Origin: Trichodesmium erythraeum IMS101 | GTDB lineage: Bacteria > Cyanobacteriota > Cyanobacteriia > Cyanobacteriales > Microcoleaceae | Direction of reading: 5' to 3' | DNA length: 32,000 nucleotides | Assembly (NCBI RefSeq): GCF_000014265.1 | Contig: NC_008312.1 | Coordinates: forward strand, 6,390,001 to 6,422,000 | Position numbers and translations under genes: made by a program | Notes under the pieces: generated by a model | The model's input: the letters and a program-made list of their open reading frames with translations, nothing else | Database searches by the model: none | Told to the model about the DNA's origin: nothing | Shown here: piece after piece, positions 19,386-29,008 of the stretch | Layout of the letters: every line of letters starts with the position of its first letter | Numbering within the stretch: the first letter of the stretch is position 1

Positions 19386-19600
19386 ATATTTATTATTTAT
19401 ATTGTGTATAATTTATATTATCTAAAAAATTTAGTTACGATTGGCAGAAGCCCTTCTATCTTCTCGTCTCTGCCTTTATAACAATAAGAGGGTGAATATT
19501 TATTATTTATATTGTGTATAATTTATATTATCTAAAAAATTTAGTTACGATTGGCAGAAGCCCTTCTATCTTCTCGTCTCTGCCTTTATAACAATAAGAG
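19381..19600. repeat. Perfect tandem duplication, 2 x 110 bp, starting at the kinase stop codon
   Basis: 19381-19490 and 19491-19600 are identical by direct reading. The unit begins ggtga…, which includes the TGA stop at 19383-19385. Confidence 0.95.
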
Positions 19601-20652
19601 AAAGACATTATCTTATATCTAGATCATGCAATGATTATCAGTCAGTTCATCAACCATTAAAAATCAACACCTAAGCTTTACTCCCTGAGTGACTTCTTTA
19701 CTATCTAAGATTATCTATGGAGATCTACTAAGCTATTAACTTTAGTTGGATTGCTCCCTTTTTACCACTTAAAGAAGTTTCAGTTTTAGATATAGGTGTT
19801 GATTTTTAGTATTTAACGATAATGATACAAGTTTTATCTGACTTAACAGAGTTATAGCCTCCTGAGTTGCTTAAATTATTTCCTCTATATTACTACATAA
19901 AAATGGAGTAAAACTCAAACACAAACCTAAGAAATTTTTACTCCCAGATTATTAAATCTTGAGAAAATATTAGCCCCTGACAAAGGAGTAGCTGTTGATG
20001 TCTGAACAGAGAGATGATCAATTGATTAAACAGTTTTGTTTGTTACCTCCTTTAAGTTATCGCTTGAACTCTTGTACATCTTTTAAAGAAGTCTATTTAC
20101 TTCTTCATATTTATAATCTATCACTATTAATCAATTATGCAAATTAATGTTATTAAACTTTACTTAGTAACTATTTATCCCTGTTGATATTGTAAATATA
20201 GGTTAAATTTTAGTTCGATTTACCATATAAGAAAAAGTTGACTGAAAGTAAATATTGGTAATAATTTAGTATTTAGGAAAATTAAAATCAATAACATTAA
20301 TAATTGACAAACTCAACAATTGTCATTATCTATGAAAGAAGCTATAAGCTGATGACCTACTATTTATTGGACAATCCTTAATGTGGCCATAAAACTAGAG
20401 GTGTCAAAAGTGACTGATTCTTGACTAATATATGTAATTGGACAGTTTTTAAGGGCATCAACTGCAAAACCAAAATCATAATATTAGAGACTAAGCAAGT
20501 AACGGAGCAATTAGTTTAGACTTTTTGCTTTTAGCTCTCTCAATGAGATAAAATTTTGGGATTGTACTAATACATAAATAAAATTCAAGTAACTATCTCA
20601 AATCTCAAAAAGTAAATATAACAATAACTCAATAAACTAGCCCATAACAAGA

Positions 20653-21390
20653 ATGTTAAAAACATCAATTCCATCTCAAGGAATTCAACAAAATCCCTTA
20701 GTATGCCAACTGGCAAATTCTATAGAGGCAGTTTGGCAGCGATACCTTAACCTAGAACCATATTATCTACCTGCAGATCTAGGTTATGTAGAAGGACGTT
20801 TGGAAGGAGAAAAACTCATAATTCAAAACAAATGCTATCAAACTGCTCAGTTCCGCAAGCTACATCTAGAACTAGCAACCATAGGCCCGAAGCTGGATAT
20901 CTTGCACTGTGTCATGTTTCCCAGAATAAGTTATCCTTTGCCTATATTTGGTACAGATTTAGTAGGGGCAAGAGGCCAAATAAGTGCAGCAGTGGTTGAT
21001 ATATCACCTCAAAGTCAAGATAGAAAACTACCAGAAGTCTATAATTATCAACTCCAAGCTTTACCAATAAAAGAATTTGCTCATCCTCGGCAACTACCAC
21101 AATGGGGAGAAATATTTTCAGAGTTTTGTCTATTTATACGACCAACTGGTTTAGAGGAAGAACAAAAATTTATATCAATAGTAGAATCTTACCTAGAAAT
21201 ACATTGCCAACAAGCGATCGCCCAAAAACCTGTTTCTCCAGAACAACAGCTTGAAATTCTCAAGGCTCAACACCATTATTGCACTCAACAGAGACAAAAT
21301 GATAAAACCCGCCGAGTCTTGGAAAAAGCTTTTGGGCCTGAATGGACAGATTATTATTTAACAACTGTATTATTTGATAGTCCTAATTAA
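20653..21390 (+). CDS. pcyA: Phycocyanobilin:ferredoxin oxidoreductase
   Basis: 245 aa. The blocks GYVEGRLEGEKL, FRK(L/M)HLELA, LDILHCVMFPR, QNDKTRRVLEKAFG and TTVLFD match PcyA of Anabaena/Nostoc as I remember it. Confidence 0.9.
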   Translation: MLKTSIPSQGIQQNPLVCQLANSIEAVWQRYLNLEPYYLPADLGYVEGRLEGEKLIIQNKCYQTAQFRKLHLELATIGPKLDILHCVMFPRISYPLPIFGTDLVGARGQISAAVVDISPQSQDRKLPEVYNYQLQALPIKEFAHPRQLPQWGEIFSEFCLFIRPTGLEEEQKFISIVESYLEIHCQQAIAQKPVSPEQQLEILKAQHHYCTQQRQNDKTRRVLEKAFGPEWTDYYLTTVLFDSPN

Positions 21391-21470
21391 TGATTAGAGA
21401 ACAATTATGGGAGTAAGGTTCATTGGCTAAAGATATCTACACATCTTAATATCTAGAGCTGGAAAACATT

Positions 21471-21609
21471 AGAGTTGTTGGGTGTGGGAAAATTAAAAAT
21501 GCTCAAAAGCTTACTAAATAATATTTTCATAATTTTAATGCTCAAAAGTACCCTAAATGCTGGACTTTTTTTTGTTTTAGCCATTTTTGGGGCTTAATTC
21601 CCATACTCT
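21471..21609 (+). mobile_element. MITE-like element, copy D (~139 bp)
   Basis: agagttgttgggtgtgggaaaattaaaaatgctcaaaagc…ttttagccatttttggggcttaattcccatactct. Same family as A-C. Confidence 0.75.
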
Positions 21610-21844
21610 ATTACTGAACCTTACCTGGAGTCTGTTGAATAAATCTATAAAGATTTTTATGTACTGGGTTTAAATCTGGAGGTAGTGTTAGAAAATGACT
21701 AAATCAATATTGAACACCAGGGAAAACTGTTTTTAATGTTATGAGGAGAAAAACTAAAAAAATGAACAGTAAAACTATTACTCTCCAAAAATAAAGCTTA
21801 CCTTTCCCCTAAAGATTGTTCTAGCAGGGATCTCTACTTAGCCT

Positions 21845-21985
21845 GAGTTGTTGGGTGTGGAAAAATTGAAAATGCTCAAAAGTTTGCTCTTGATGGTTTT
21901 GAGTATTTTAATTCTTCAAAGCACGCTTAAACTAGATAAGTTTAGGGTTCAAGGGATTTTTTTTTGCTTAAATTTTAACAACTCT
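21845..21985 (+). mobile_element. MITE-like element, copy E (~141 bp)
   Basis: gagttgttgggtgtggaaaaattgaaaatgctcaaaagtttgctcttgatggttttgagtattttaattcttcaaagca…aacaactct. The central part is nearly identical to the reverse complement of copy B. Confidence 0.75.
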
Positions 21986-22369
21986 ATTATAATTCTACCT
22001 AAAGTCATAAATAAATTATAGCATTATTTTCAGAAATTAGTATAACTTAATAGGGAAGGTAAAACTCCAAAATTCTTGTTTGTAAAAAGGATGACCAAGG
22101 TATAACCTGTAAAGTCGTAAATTTCAGGATAATTGGTAAAGTTATAACAGGGATGTCTACAATTAGTGAAAGGTTAGCAAATGAAATTTTTTTCTGTACA
22201 TTCGCAGCATGGACTATATTTGAGAATAGTGAGAATGTTCTAACCGTCCTGGCGACTTCTACGTATTTGTTTTTAGGTTCCCGTTATAATCTATGAATAC
22301 TATGGAAGAGAACTAACTCAGGTATAGACAAGGTATTTAATTTAATTAAGTGGGCTTAATGTTTCGGGC

Positions 22370-25300
22370 TTGGAACATGAAACGTGCAGTTGTGCAGAAC
22401 ACAAACTAAGAATCCTCGTTTCAGGAAAATCTCCGGGTCTAATAGAGAAGATGAAAGGGAATAAAACAATATTAACTGAAAATAGCTCCCCCCTGGGAAT
22501 TTGGGCTAAGGAAGCTTTAGGACTTCCAGAAGTACAAGTACAGGTAAGATTGCGAGGTAATCATCTACATATTCTCTGTGAAGCAGAAAAATGTCCTGAA
22601 ATGAGCTTTGCACTTGCCCAGTTTTCTCAGGCACTGAGTCAGATCAATATAGAATCTTTATTACCTCCTAATCAACCTCGGATTTACCAGACGTTTCTGT
22701 GTGGTCGTACTTTGGGACGTAGGCGACCTGACTGGACAGTAAAACTTGATAGTAATAAGGTAAGGGCTCAAAGTGGGAGACTAAATTCTCCTATCTTATC
22801 TAATGATTCAGAAACTAATTTCGATCCAACATCTACTTCTACTGCTTCTACTCCTCAAGAATACTCACAAAATTATCATGGCACTGAAGGTTTACCTGAA
22901 GAAAAATTCACAAAAATTGGTGTTGGACAATCTTCTGAACTGGATATCCATCGCGATGTTGCCTCTGAATTGCTGTTAGCTCCTGATCAGGATTTTGTCG
23001 GGTCTAATGACACATTAGATAATCTCAACTTTTTATCTCCAAAATTCGACTCAGAGACTTTTTCTAGTACTGAACCAGAAAAGTCTAAGTTAAAAACGCA
23101 GCTAGATAAACTCAAGGAATCAGATATTAATCTGATTAATTCTTCTTTAACAGTTTCTTCTAAAAGGTTAGCTAAGTATGGTCACCCAGATGCAATTGCT
23201 AGTTATCTGAGTGAAATTTTAGGTGAGTTAGGGGTCTGTGTAAATGTTAGTGTTAGAGAAAAACAATTTAAGGAAAAATTAACAGAAACAAGTTCACAAT
23301 TAGAGGATGTTACTAAAAATTTTAAGTTAAAAACTCAAAAAATCTTATGGGTATCTTGTGAAGCAACTTATAGTCCCGATCCATCTCTGTTAGCTGAACC
23401 AATTACTCAAAAACTAAGAGACCTCAAACTTAAAGATTTCCATGAAGCTTTAATTTCTCTACTTGTTCGAGGTGAAACGGCTCCTGACTGGATGTTGCGA
23501 GTGGATCTAACTCCACCCGATCTGATGCTACAAGAATGGGCGAGTTGGGGGGATGTAACTGCAATTGAACGTTTGCTTAAACAAAAGCTGGCTACCCTGG
23601 GAGTTGATATTCGAGGGATCCTCAAAGAATCAACTTTACATTTATTTTGTACTAGTACTAATAATTCCAGCCAAGAGTATCCAGATCAACAGAAAACAAA
23701 AGCAGCGATCGCTTCTATATTAGCTACAATTATACCAAGAGGTATTCAAGCTGCTACCATATACGGTTGTACGGTTAATGAAAGTAACTACAAAAGGAAA
23801 GAATTTCCTCGCTGGATAGACTGGTTGAATTTACCGGCATCAGAAAATCAAGATCTATCTGCTAGTGCTGAGGTTTTGGCAAGTCAAGGAAACTATGAAG
23901 CAATTAGTTTTTTGTTAAATAGATTAGTTAATTCTAACCTTGATCAAAGACTTAAAACAGGTGGTATCCGGGTATTAATATTATCGAAGCAAGAATTATT
24001 GCATGTTATGAGCGAAGCTCCTACAAGTCCATCTCAATCTCAAGTAGGACCATGCATTGCTAATTTTTTGCGTCAACTTCAAATTCCTGGAGTTAGTGGG
24101 GTAAGGGTTTACGGTCGTCGTGCTGGTCAAAAATTACCTTTATGGCGCTACGGTATTAATTTTACTACGAAAAATCGACGATATTCTGAAAAACCTCCAG
24201 AGTTTGCTGCAACTGCCGAAATGGATTTTTTGTTGGGTAAAAGAGCAGATCGTGCTTTCCTCAAGTTAGCACCAAAAATGACTGAAAAAAGTGACTCAAG
24301 TCTTTTATATTTTCATGGGTACACATTATTTAAAGGACGTCTGTTGACAGGTATTCAGCAGTTACTTATTGGCTCGCGTTTATTTATTCCTAATGAAGAA
24401 GATTTGACAAAAATAAGTAATTCATTAACATACAATAGTCGCAGTTATGGTAAATGGTTTGCTGCTATTTCTTATGCTGCTTTGGGAATTTTATTGACGG
24501 TTCAAACTGATTTAAAAGTAGATGAAATATTAAAGAAAGTTCCAGATGTTTCTCTGTATGGAAATATTTGTCAAGGTCGAAATTGCCAAACTCAATCAGA
24601 AGAAATTGTAGATGAAAATCAAGCTTCAGGATTAATGAATTATCCTAGTTTTAATAGTCCGCAATTAGATGAACAGTTGCTTCGTTATCAACAATATTTA
24701 GAAGCAGAAAAAAAAATACCAGATATTTTAATAGTTGGTAGTTCTAGAGCTTTGAGAGGGGTCGATCCCACGGTGCTTGCTGAAAGTTTGGCAGCTTTAG
24801 GATATCCAAATTTCAGAATTTATAATTTTGGGGTAAATGGTGCAACTGCTCAAGTAGTAGATTTGATTGTACGTCAGGTTTTACCACCAGAACAATTGCC
24901 AAAATTAATTATTTTTGCTGATGGAGTTCGGGCTCTAAATAGTGGTAGAGTTGATAGAACTTTTGATATTATTGCTGGTTCTGAAGGTTATGATCAAGTA
25001 GATGCTGGTTCGTTTATTATTGGGAATAATAGATCAGACTCATCAGTTAATTATGATTTAAATAAATATAAGCAAATATTGAAAAAATTAGAGTCAAAAG
25101 TTAAGAAAATATCAGTGACTTATCAGCAGCGCGATCGCCTAAAAAGATTGATAGTATCAATTATTAAGAATCCGACAAATTTTGATTTTTTGTCTGGGGA
25201 AGGTAACCAGGATTTAGTAAAAGATCATAACCTAGAGTTAGAGCAATTTCAAGCAAATGGTTTTCTGCCAATTTCTATTAAATTTAAACCTGAAAGTTAC

Positions 25301-25675
25301 TATCAAAATTATACTAAAGTTTCTGGTGATTACGATGCTGATTATGCTGAGTTTCAATTACGAGGAAAACAAACCACTGCACTCAAAAAATTACTACAAT
25401 ATACTCAGTCAATAGGGGTTAATTTTGTATTTGTAAATATGCCTTTAACTATAGTATATTTGGATGAAGTACGAACTGTTTATGAACAAGAATTTCAGGA
25501 ATATATGCAACAGTTATCTGGGGAATATACTAATTTTATATTTCGAGATTTAGGCAGTGCATGGCCAGAAACTTATGACAACTTTTCTGACCCTAGTCAT
25601 CTAAATCTTTACGGAGCGATCGCTGTTTCTCAAACATTAGCTGATGATCATATTATTCCTTGGCGAAAGCGTTAA
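22370..25675 (+). CDS. Large multidomain membrane protein: four N-terminal ~90-aa repeats, one TM helix, C-terminal DUF1574/SGNH-like domain
   Basis: Long uninterrupted ORF. The TTG at 22370 is doubtful; the ATG at 22451 (MKGNK…) is more likely. Repeats at aa ~43-126, 270-380, 395-488 and 505-597; TM at aa ~695-712. The C-terminal region has ILIVGSSRA (block-I-like GSS) and a terminal SDPSHLN (DxxH), as in DUF1574/DltD/AlgJ-type SGNH-like proteins. Confidence 0.8.
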   Translation: MEHETCSCAEHKLRILVSGKSPGLIEKMKGNKTILTENSSPLGIWAKEALGLPEVQVQVRLRGNHLHILCEAEKCPEMSFALAQFSQALSQINIESLLPPNQPRIYQTFLCGRTLGRRRPDWTVKLDSNKVRAQSGRLNSPILSNDSETNFDPTSTSTASTPQEYSQNYHGTEGLPEEKFTKIGVGQSSELDIHRDVASELLLAPDQDFVGSNDTLDNLNFLSPKFDSETFSSTEPEKSKLKTQLDKLKESDINLINSSLTVSSKRLAKYGHPDAIASYLSEILGELGVCVNVSVREKQFKEKLTETSSQLEDVTKNFKLKTQKILWVSCEATYSPDPSLLAEPITQKLRDLKLKDFHEALISLLVRGETAPDWMLRVDLTPPDLMLQEWASWGDVTAIERLLKQKLATLGVDIRGILKESTLHLFCTSTNNSSQEYPDQQKTKAAIASILATIIPRGIQAATIYGCTVNESNYKRKEFPRWIDWLNLPASENQDLSASAEVLASQGNYEAISFLLNRLVNSNLDQRLKTGGIRVLILSKQELLHVMSEAPTSPSQSQVGPCIANFLRQLQIPGVSGVRVYGRRAGQKLPLWRYGINFTTKNRRYSEKPPEFAATAEMDFLLGKRADRAFLKLAPKMTEKSDSSLLYFHGYTLFKGRLLTGIQQLLIGSRLFIPNEEDLTKISNSLTYNSRSYGKWFAAISYAALGILLTVQTDLKVDEILKKVPDVSLYGNICQGRNCQTQSEEIVDENQASGLMNYPSFNSPQLDEQLLRYQQYLEAEKKIPDILIVGSSRALRGVDPTVLAESLAALGYPNFRIYNFGVNGATAQVVDLIVRQVLPPEQLPKLIIFADGVRALNSGRVDRTFDIIAGSEGYDQVDAGSFIIGNNRSDSSVNYDLNKYKQILKKLESKVKKISVTYQQRDRLKRLIVSIIKNPTNFDFLSGEGNQDLVKDHNLELEQFQANGFLPISIKFKPESYYQNYTKVSGDYDADYAEFQLRGKQTTALKKLLQYTQSIGVNFVFVNMPLTIVYLDEVRTVYEQEFQEYMQQLSGEYTNFIFRDLGSAWPETYDNFSDPSHLNLYGAIAVSQTLADDHIIPWRKR

Positions 25676-26011
25676 ATTTATGCTATGATAGATATAGATT
25701 CACAATTATTGTGCATCAAAAATAAAGGTTAAAAAACTAGCTATAACTATAGCTTAAATCGAAACCTAGGAAATAGATAAGTTGTTAAAAACTTTAATAA
25801 CATATTATCAACTTAAAAAAACCATAAAATCCTAACTCTACAAAACTTGAACTGTTATTAGTATTTGTGAGAATAGGTAATTTAAATTGTTAAAATCTAA
25901 AAAAATATAGACAATTACCCCGTATCCGAATATTTAGGTCAATGTGATTACAAAATGGGTATATATTTATTGCTAACCTGAAAATTAAAATAAAAATCTC
26001 AGGAGTTTGAT

Positions 26012-27022
26012 ATGCTTAATTCCATCCAACAATTTATTCAACAGCTGCCTGAAGTATTAAAATCATTATTTATGGTAGCTTTTCCAGTATTTAACCCTCA
26101 TCATAAGTTGTATTTTGTCTATACAATAGTATTTATTGTATTTATTTTGGGGGTTTATTATGTCCGTGAGTCAAAATCAAATGGTTTTGGCTTGAGAAAA
26201 GCATTAGCATATTGCTTTCCCAAATCTCTATATACTAAACAATCAGCAATTTTAGACTATCAGTGCTACCTGATTAACGGTGTATTGGCAATAATTGTTA
26301 GCCTGACTGGTTTTTTTACCCTATCACAAATTACTTCCGATTTCGTAAATCAGTTTTTATGTGGGTTATTTGGAAAGACTGAAATCCAAGTAGAAATGAC
26401 TCTTGCTCTCAAAATTGTTTATACAACTTTTGCAGTTTTAGTAATAGATTTTGGTGTTTTTTTGGCTCATTATCTTCTACACAAAATTCCAGTACTTTGG
26501 GAGTTCCATAAAGCTCATCATTTAGCAGAGGGATTGAATCCTATTACAGGCTTTAGATATCATCCAATTGATATAGGATTAAAGCAAACCATGAAAATAT
26601 TTTTTCTGGGAATTTATATGGGAATATTCGGTTACTTTGTTAACCAAGAAGTCAAAGCTATTACAATTGCTGGTTTACTGATATCAAGCTTTTTGTTTAG
26701 GTTTATTATTCATCTACGACACTCTCATATTTGGGTTTCTTTTGGTTGGCACTTAAGTCATATCTTCCAGAGCCCAGCTATGCACCATATTCATCATAGC
26801 GAAAAAGTAGAATATTATGACAAAAACTTTGGCTTAATATTCTCATTTTGGGACTATATGTTTGGTACAATTCACGTTCCTAAAGTCCGCGAAGAGTTAA
26901 CTGTAGGACTTGGAGAAAGTGATTACCAGAATATTTGGCAACTCTATTATGTACCTTTTTTACAAGCCTATAAACTGGTGTCAAAATCCCTAGGTAAAGT
27001 AGCTAGTGCGAAGGCTAATTAA
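26012..27022 (+). CDS. Fatty acid hydroxylase/sterol desaturase-family integral membrane di-iron enzyme
   Basis: 336 aa with multiple TM helices. Histidine boxes HYLLH, HKAHH and HHIHH, plus the FGLIFSFWDYMFGT block typical of the fatty acid hydroxylase superfamily. GGAG precedes the ATG. Confidence 0.8.
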   Translation: MLNSIQQFIQQLPEVLKSLFMVAFPVFNPHHKLYFVYTIVFIVFILGVYYVRESKSNGFGLRKALAYCFPKSLYTKQSAILDYQCYLINGVLAIIVSLTGFFTLSQITSDFVNQFLCGLFGKTEIQVEMTLALKIVYTTFAVLVIDFGVFLAHYLLHKIPVLWEFHKAHHLAEGLNPITGFRYHPIDIGLKQTMKIFFLGIYMGIFGYFVNQEVKAITIAGLLISSFLFRFIIHLRHSHIWVSFGWHLSHIFQSPAMHHIHHSEKVEYYDKNFGLIFSFWDYMFGTIHVPKVREELTVGLGESDYQNIWQLYYVPFLQAYKLVSKSLGKVASAKAN

Positions 27023-27180
27023 GGAAAGATGATGAGAAATAAAAGATAAGTTATTATTATAATTAATTAAGGGGAGATGGTATAACACAAAAACTATCAA
27101 AACCATCTTCCTGAAATAACCAGTTATGAAGAGCGTATCCCTGATGATGGGAATCATTCTGGCAAGATTTTATCTATCAT

Positions 27181-27220
27181 TATTTTTGTTGCTTCATTGA
27201 TATTTTTGTTGCTTCATTGA
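27181..27220. repeat. Perfect tandem duplication, 2 x 20 bp
   Basis: tatttttgttgcttcattga occurs twice in succession. Confidence 0.95.
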
Positions 27221-28373
27221 TAGGTTGTCGCCTAAGATTTTCTACAAATTTTCGCCCATAATGAGGATCAGAGAAAGGAGGTTGACTATACTTTGGGCAT
27301 GTCCATATTTAATAATTTTGGTCAACTTTCACTTAGGAAAATTCATCTTGACAAACCTAACTTTATTACTTTATTTTGATAAAAAACTATTACGCGATCA
27401 GGACTACTTTTTCCAGAGAATCTAGGGTTTGATTAAAAGTTAAATACAATGATATGATTGTTGTCCTAAATTGTTTAAGATATAGGTAAGGTGAAAAAAC
27501 TTTATCTTGAGTTTCAATAGAAAGTCTCATTTATTTGTTCCCCTAAATAAGCCGAGATTCCTAGAAAAAGTAGGTCAAAATGAAGTTTCAGCATCTGGTT
27601 TTTCTGGGACTTAGAATACAGCATTCCAAATGCTCAAAAGCAAGTTTCAAGAGATAGTATTGCCAAGATAACTCCCAGGCCCAGAATTGTTGAGTATAAT
27701 ATTAGGATGAATGTTAGCGATCCTCAGAAATTAGAAAAGGATATCAAAGCGATCGCTGAGTTTCACAAATTTTTTTTTATTGATTATTTATTCATTTCAA
27801 AAGTTTTTTGAAATAGTTAAAAATATGATTAAAAAGGGTTGGTAATTACAAATAAAAATTAATAAAAGTGAATTTATTAGGCTTTTATCAAAACCATGTT
27901 AAGCAAAAATTTAGTCTATCCCAAATAGTAACATTACAAATATTATTATACGTGATTCTCAGTACATAAAACTGTACAAATATTAAAATTAAGCAGTTAT
28001 TTTCTCCTACCAATAAAATTATAAGGTAAGGAAAAAAAGGTACAAATATTTTGTGCTTGTAAATGACTTTAGCATAGCTTTATTCTGGTTTCCTGTAGTT
28101 AAAAATATGAGTAAAATTTATTCCAATTCACTTCAGATATAGTATTAATTTGAGACCGTATTTACTGTTAATATCTTAATCTTTTAATGATTACTGTAGC
28201 TTCCAAAAAGATGGCTTTACCTATAGTAATTTAATAGAAAAAAAATAGTAATTTTTCCTGTGTTAAAATAATTGAAAGCATATTAAATAATTCTAACCAT
28301 AGATAGAGAATTCCGTAGTATTTTCTTATCCCATTAGTTGAAAAAATATTAAAAACAAGATATATGTTTTGTT

Positions 28374-28446
28374 TTGAGATAAAAAAAATAAACTATCATT
28401 AGGATAAAATTTGAGATAAAAAAATAAACTATGATTAGGATAAAAT
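28374..28446. repeat. Tandem duplication, 37 + 36 bp
   Basis: ttgagataaaaaaaataaactatcattaggataaaat is followed by ttgagataaaaaaataaactatgattaggataaaat (one indel in the A-run, one substitution). Confidence 0.9.
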
Positions 28447-28589
28447 ATGAGCCACTATCAGAGTTAAAAGTCAATATCGGTGAAGCTAAATTATTATTCA
28501 ATTAAAAGATTACCAATATGTAATAGGGAATATATAATTTACTCAATTATAAAAAACAGAAATATTGTCAAAAATATGTTGCAAAAAAA

Positions 28590-29008
28590 AATGGTATATT
28601 TTGACGAATTTATTATCCGTAGTCAAAGTTAAAAAAAATCTACAACCAGAGAATGGGAATAGAAGCAATGTTTAAAGATTATAAAAGCGTTGGTTATAAT
28701 CTAGAAGGAGCTAATATAATTAAACGAGACTGGATAATTTAATTTTATTAATAGCTATTTCAGGCAGAATTAGTTATTTTTTATACTAAAAAATAAAAAA
28801 AAGAGGTTCAAAATATATATCAATAACTAATACAGAAAGACATAAATGAAATAAAAAAATAGTAGCTTTTTTGTAGGATTATCTTGTACTTATTGAGAAA
28901 TAAATAATAATTTTTTTTTGATTAGTAGAAAATTTAATGAGGCTTAATCCTCATAGATTTATATATTATTGCAGGGGAATAAAAGCGATAAATACAGTGG
29001 TTAATTAG
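28590..29008 (+). pseudogene. IS4-family transposase relic (C-terminal part), frameshifted and stop-ridden
   Basis: Fragments translate as WYILTNL…(frameshift in an A8 run)…IYNQRMGIEAMFKDYKSVGYNLEGANI…LILLIAIS…SSFFVGL…LMRLNPHRFIYYCRGIKAI. These follow the order of the conserved C-terminal blocks of cyanobacterial IS4-type transposases (PWYLLTNL, R(W/F)xIEamFKDxKxgGYNLE, LIAIAY, YYQRGLRA). The decay probably extends upstream of 28590. Confidence 0.65.

Noticed and set aside
27225-27425. 66-aa plus-strand ORF (TTG start) downstream of the hydroxylase gene
   Set aside because: Non-ATG start and a hydrophobic/low-complexity product. The opposite strand carries a more protein-like but start-less fragment, so the region looks like decayed sequence.
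27640-27700. Possible sixth, degenerate MITE fragment (aaatgctcaaaagc … gaattgttgag)
   Set aside because: The two matching pieces are in the wrong relative orientation for the family consensus, and the rest does not align.
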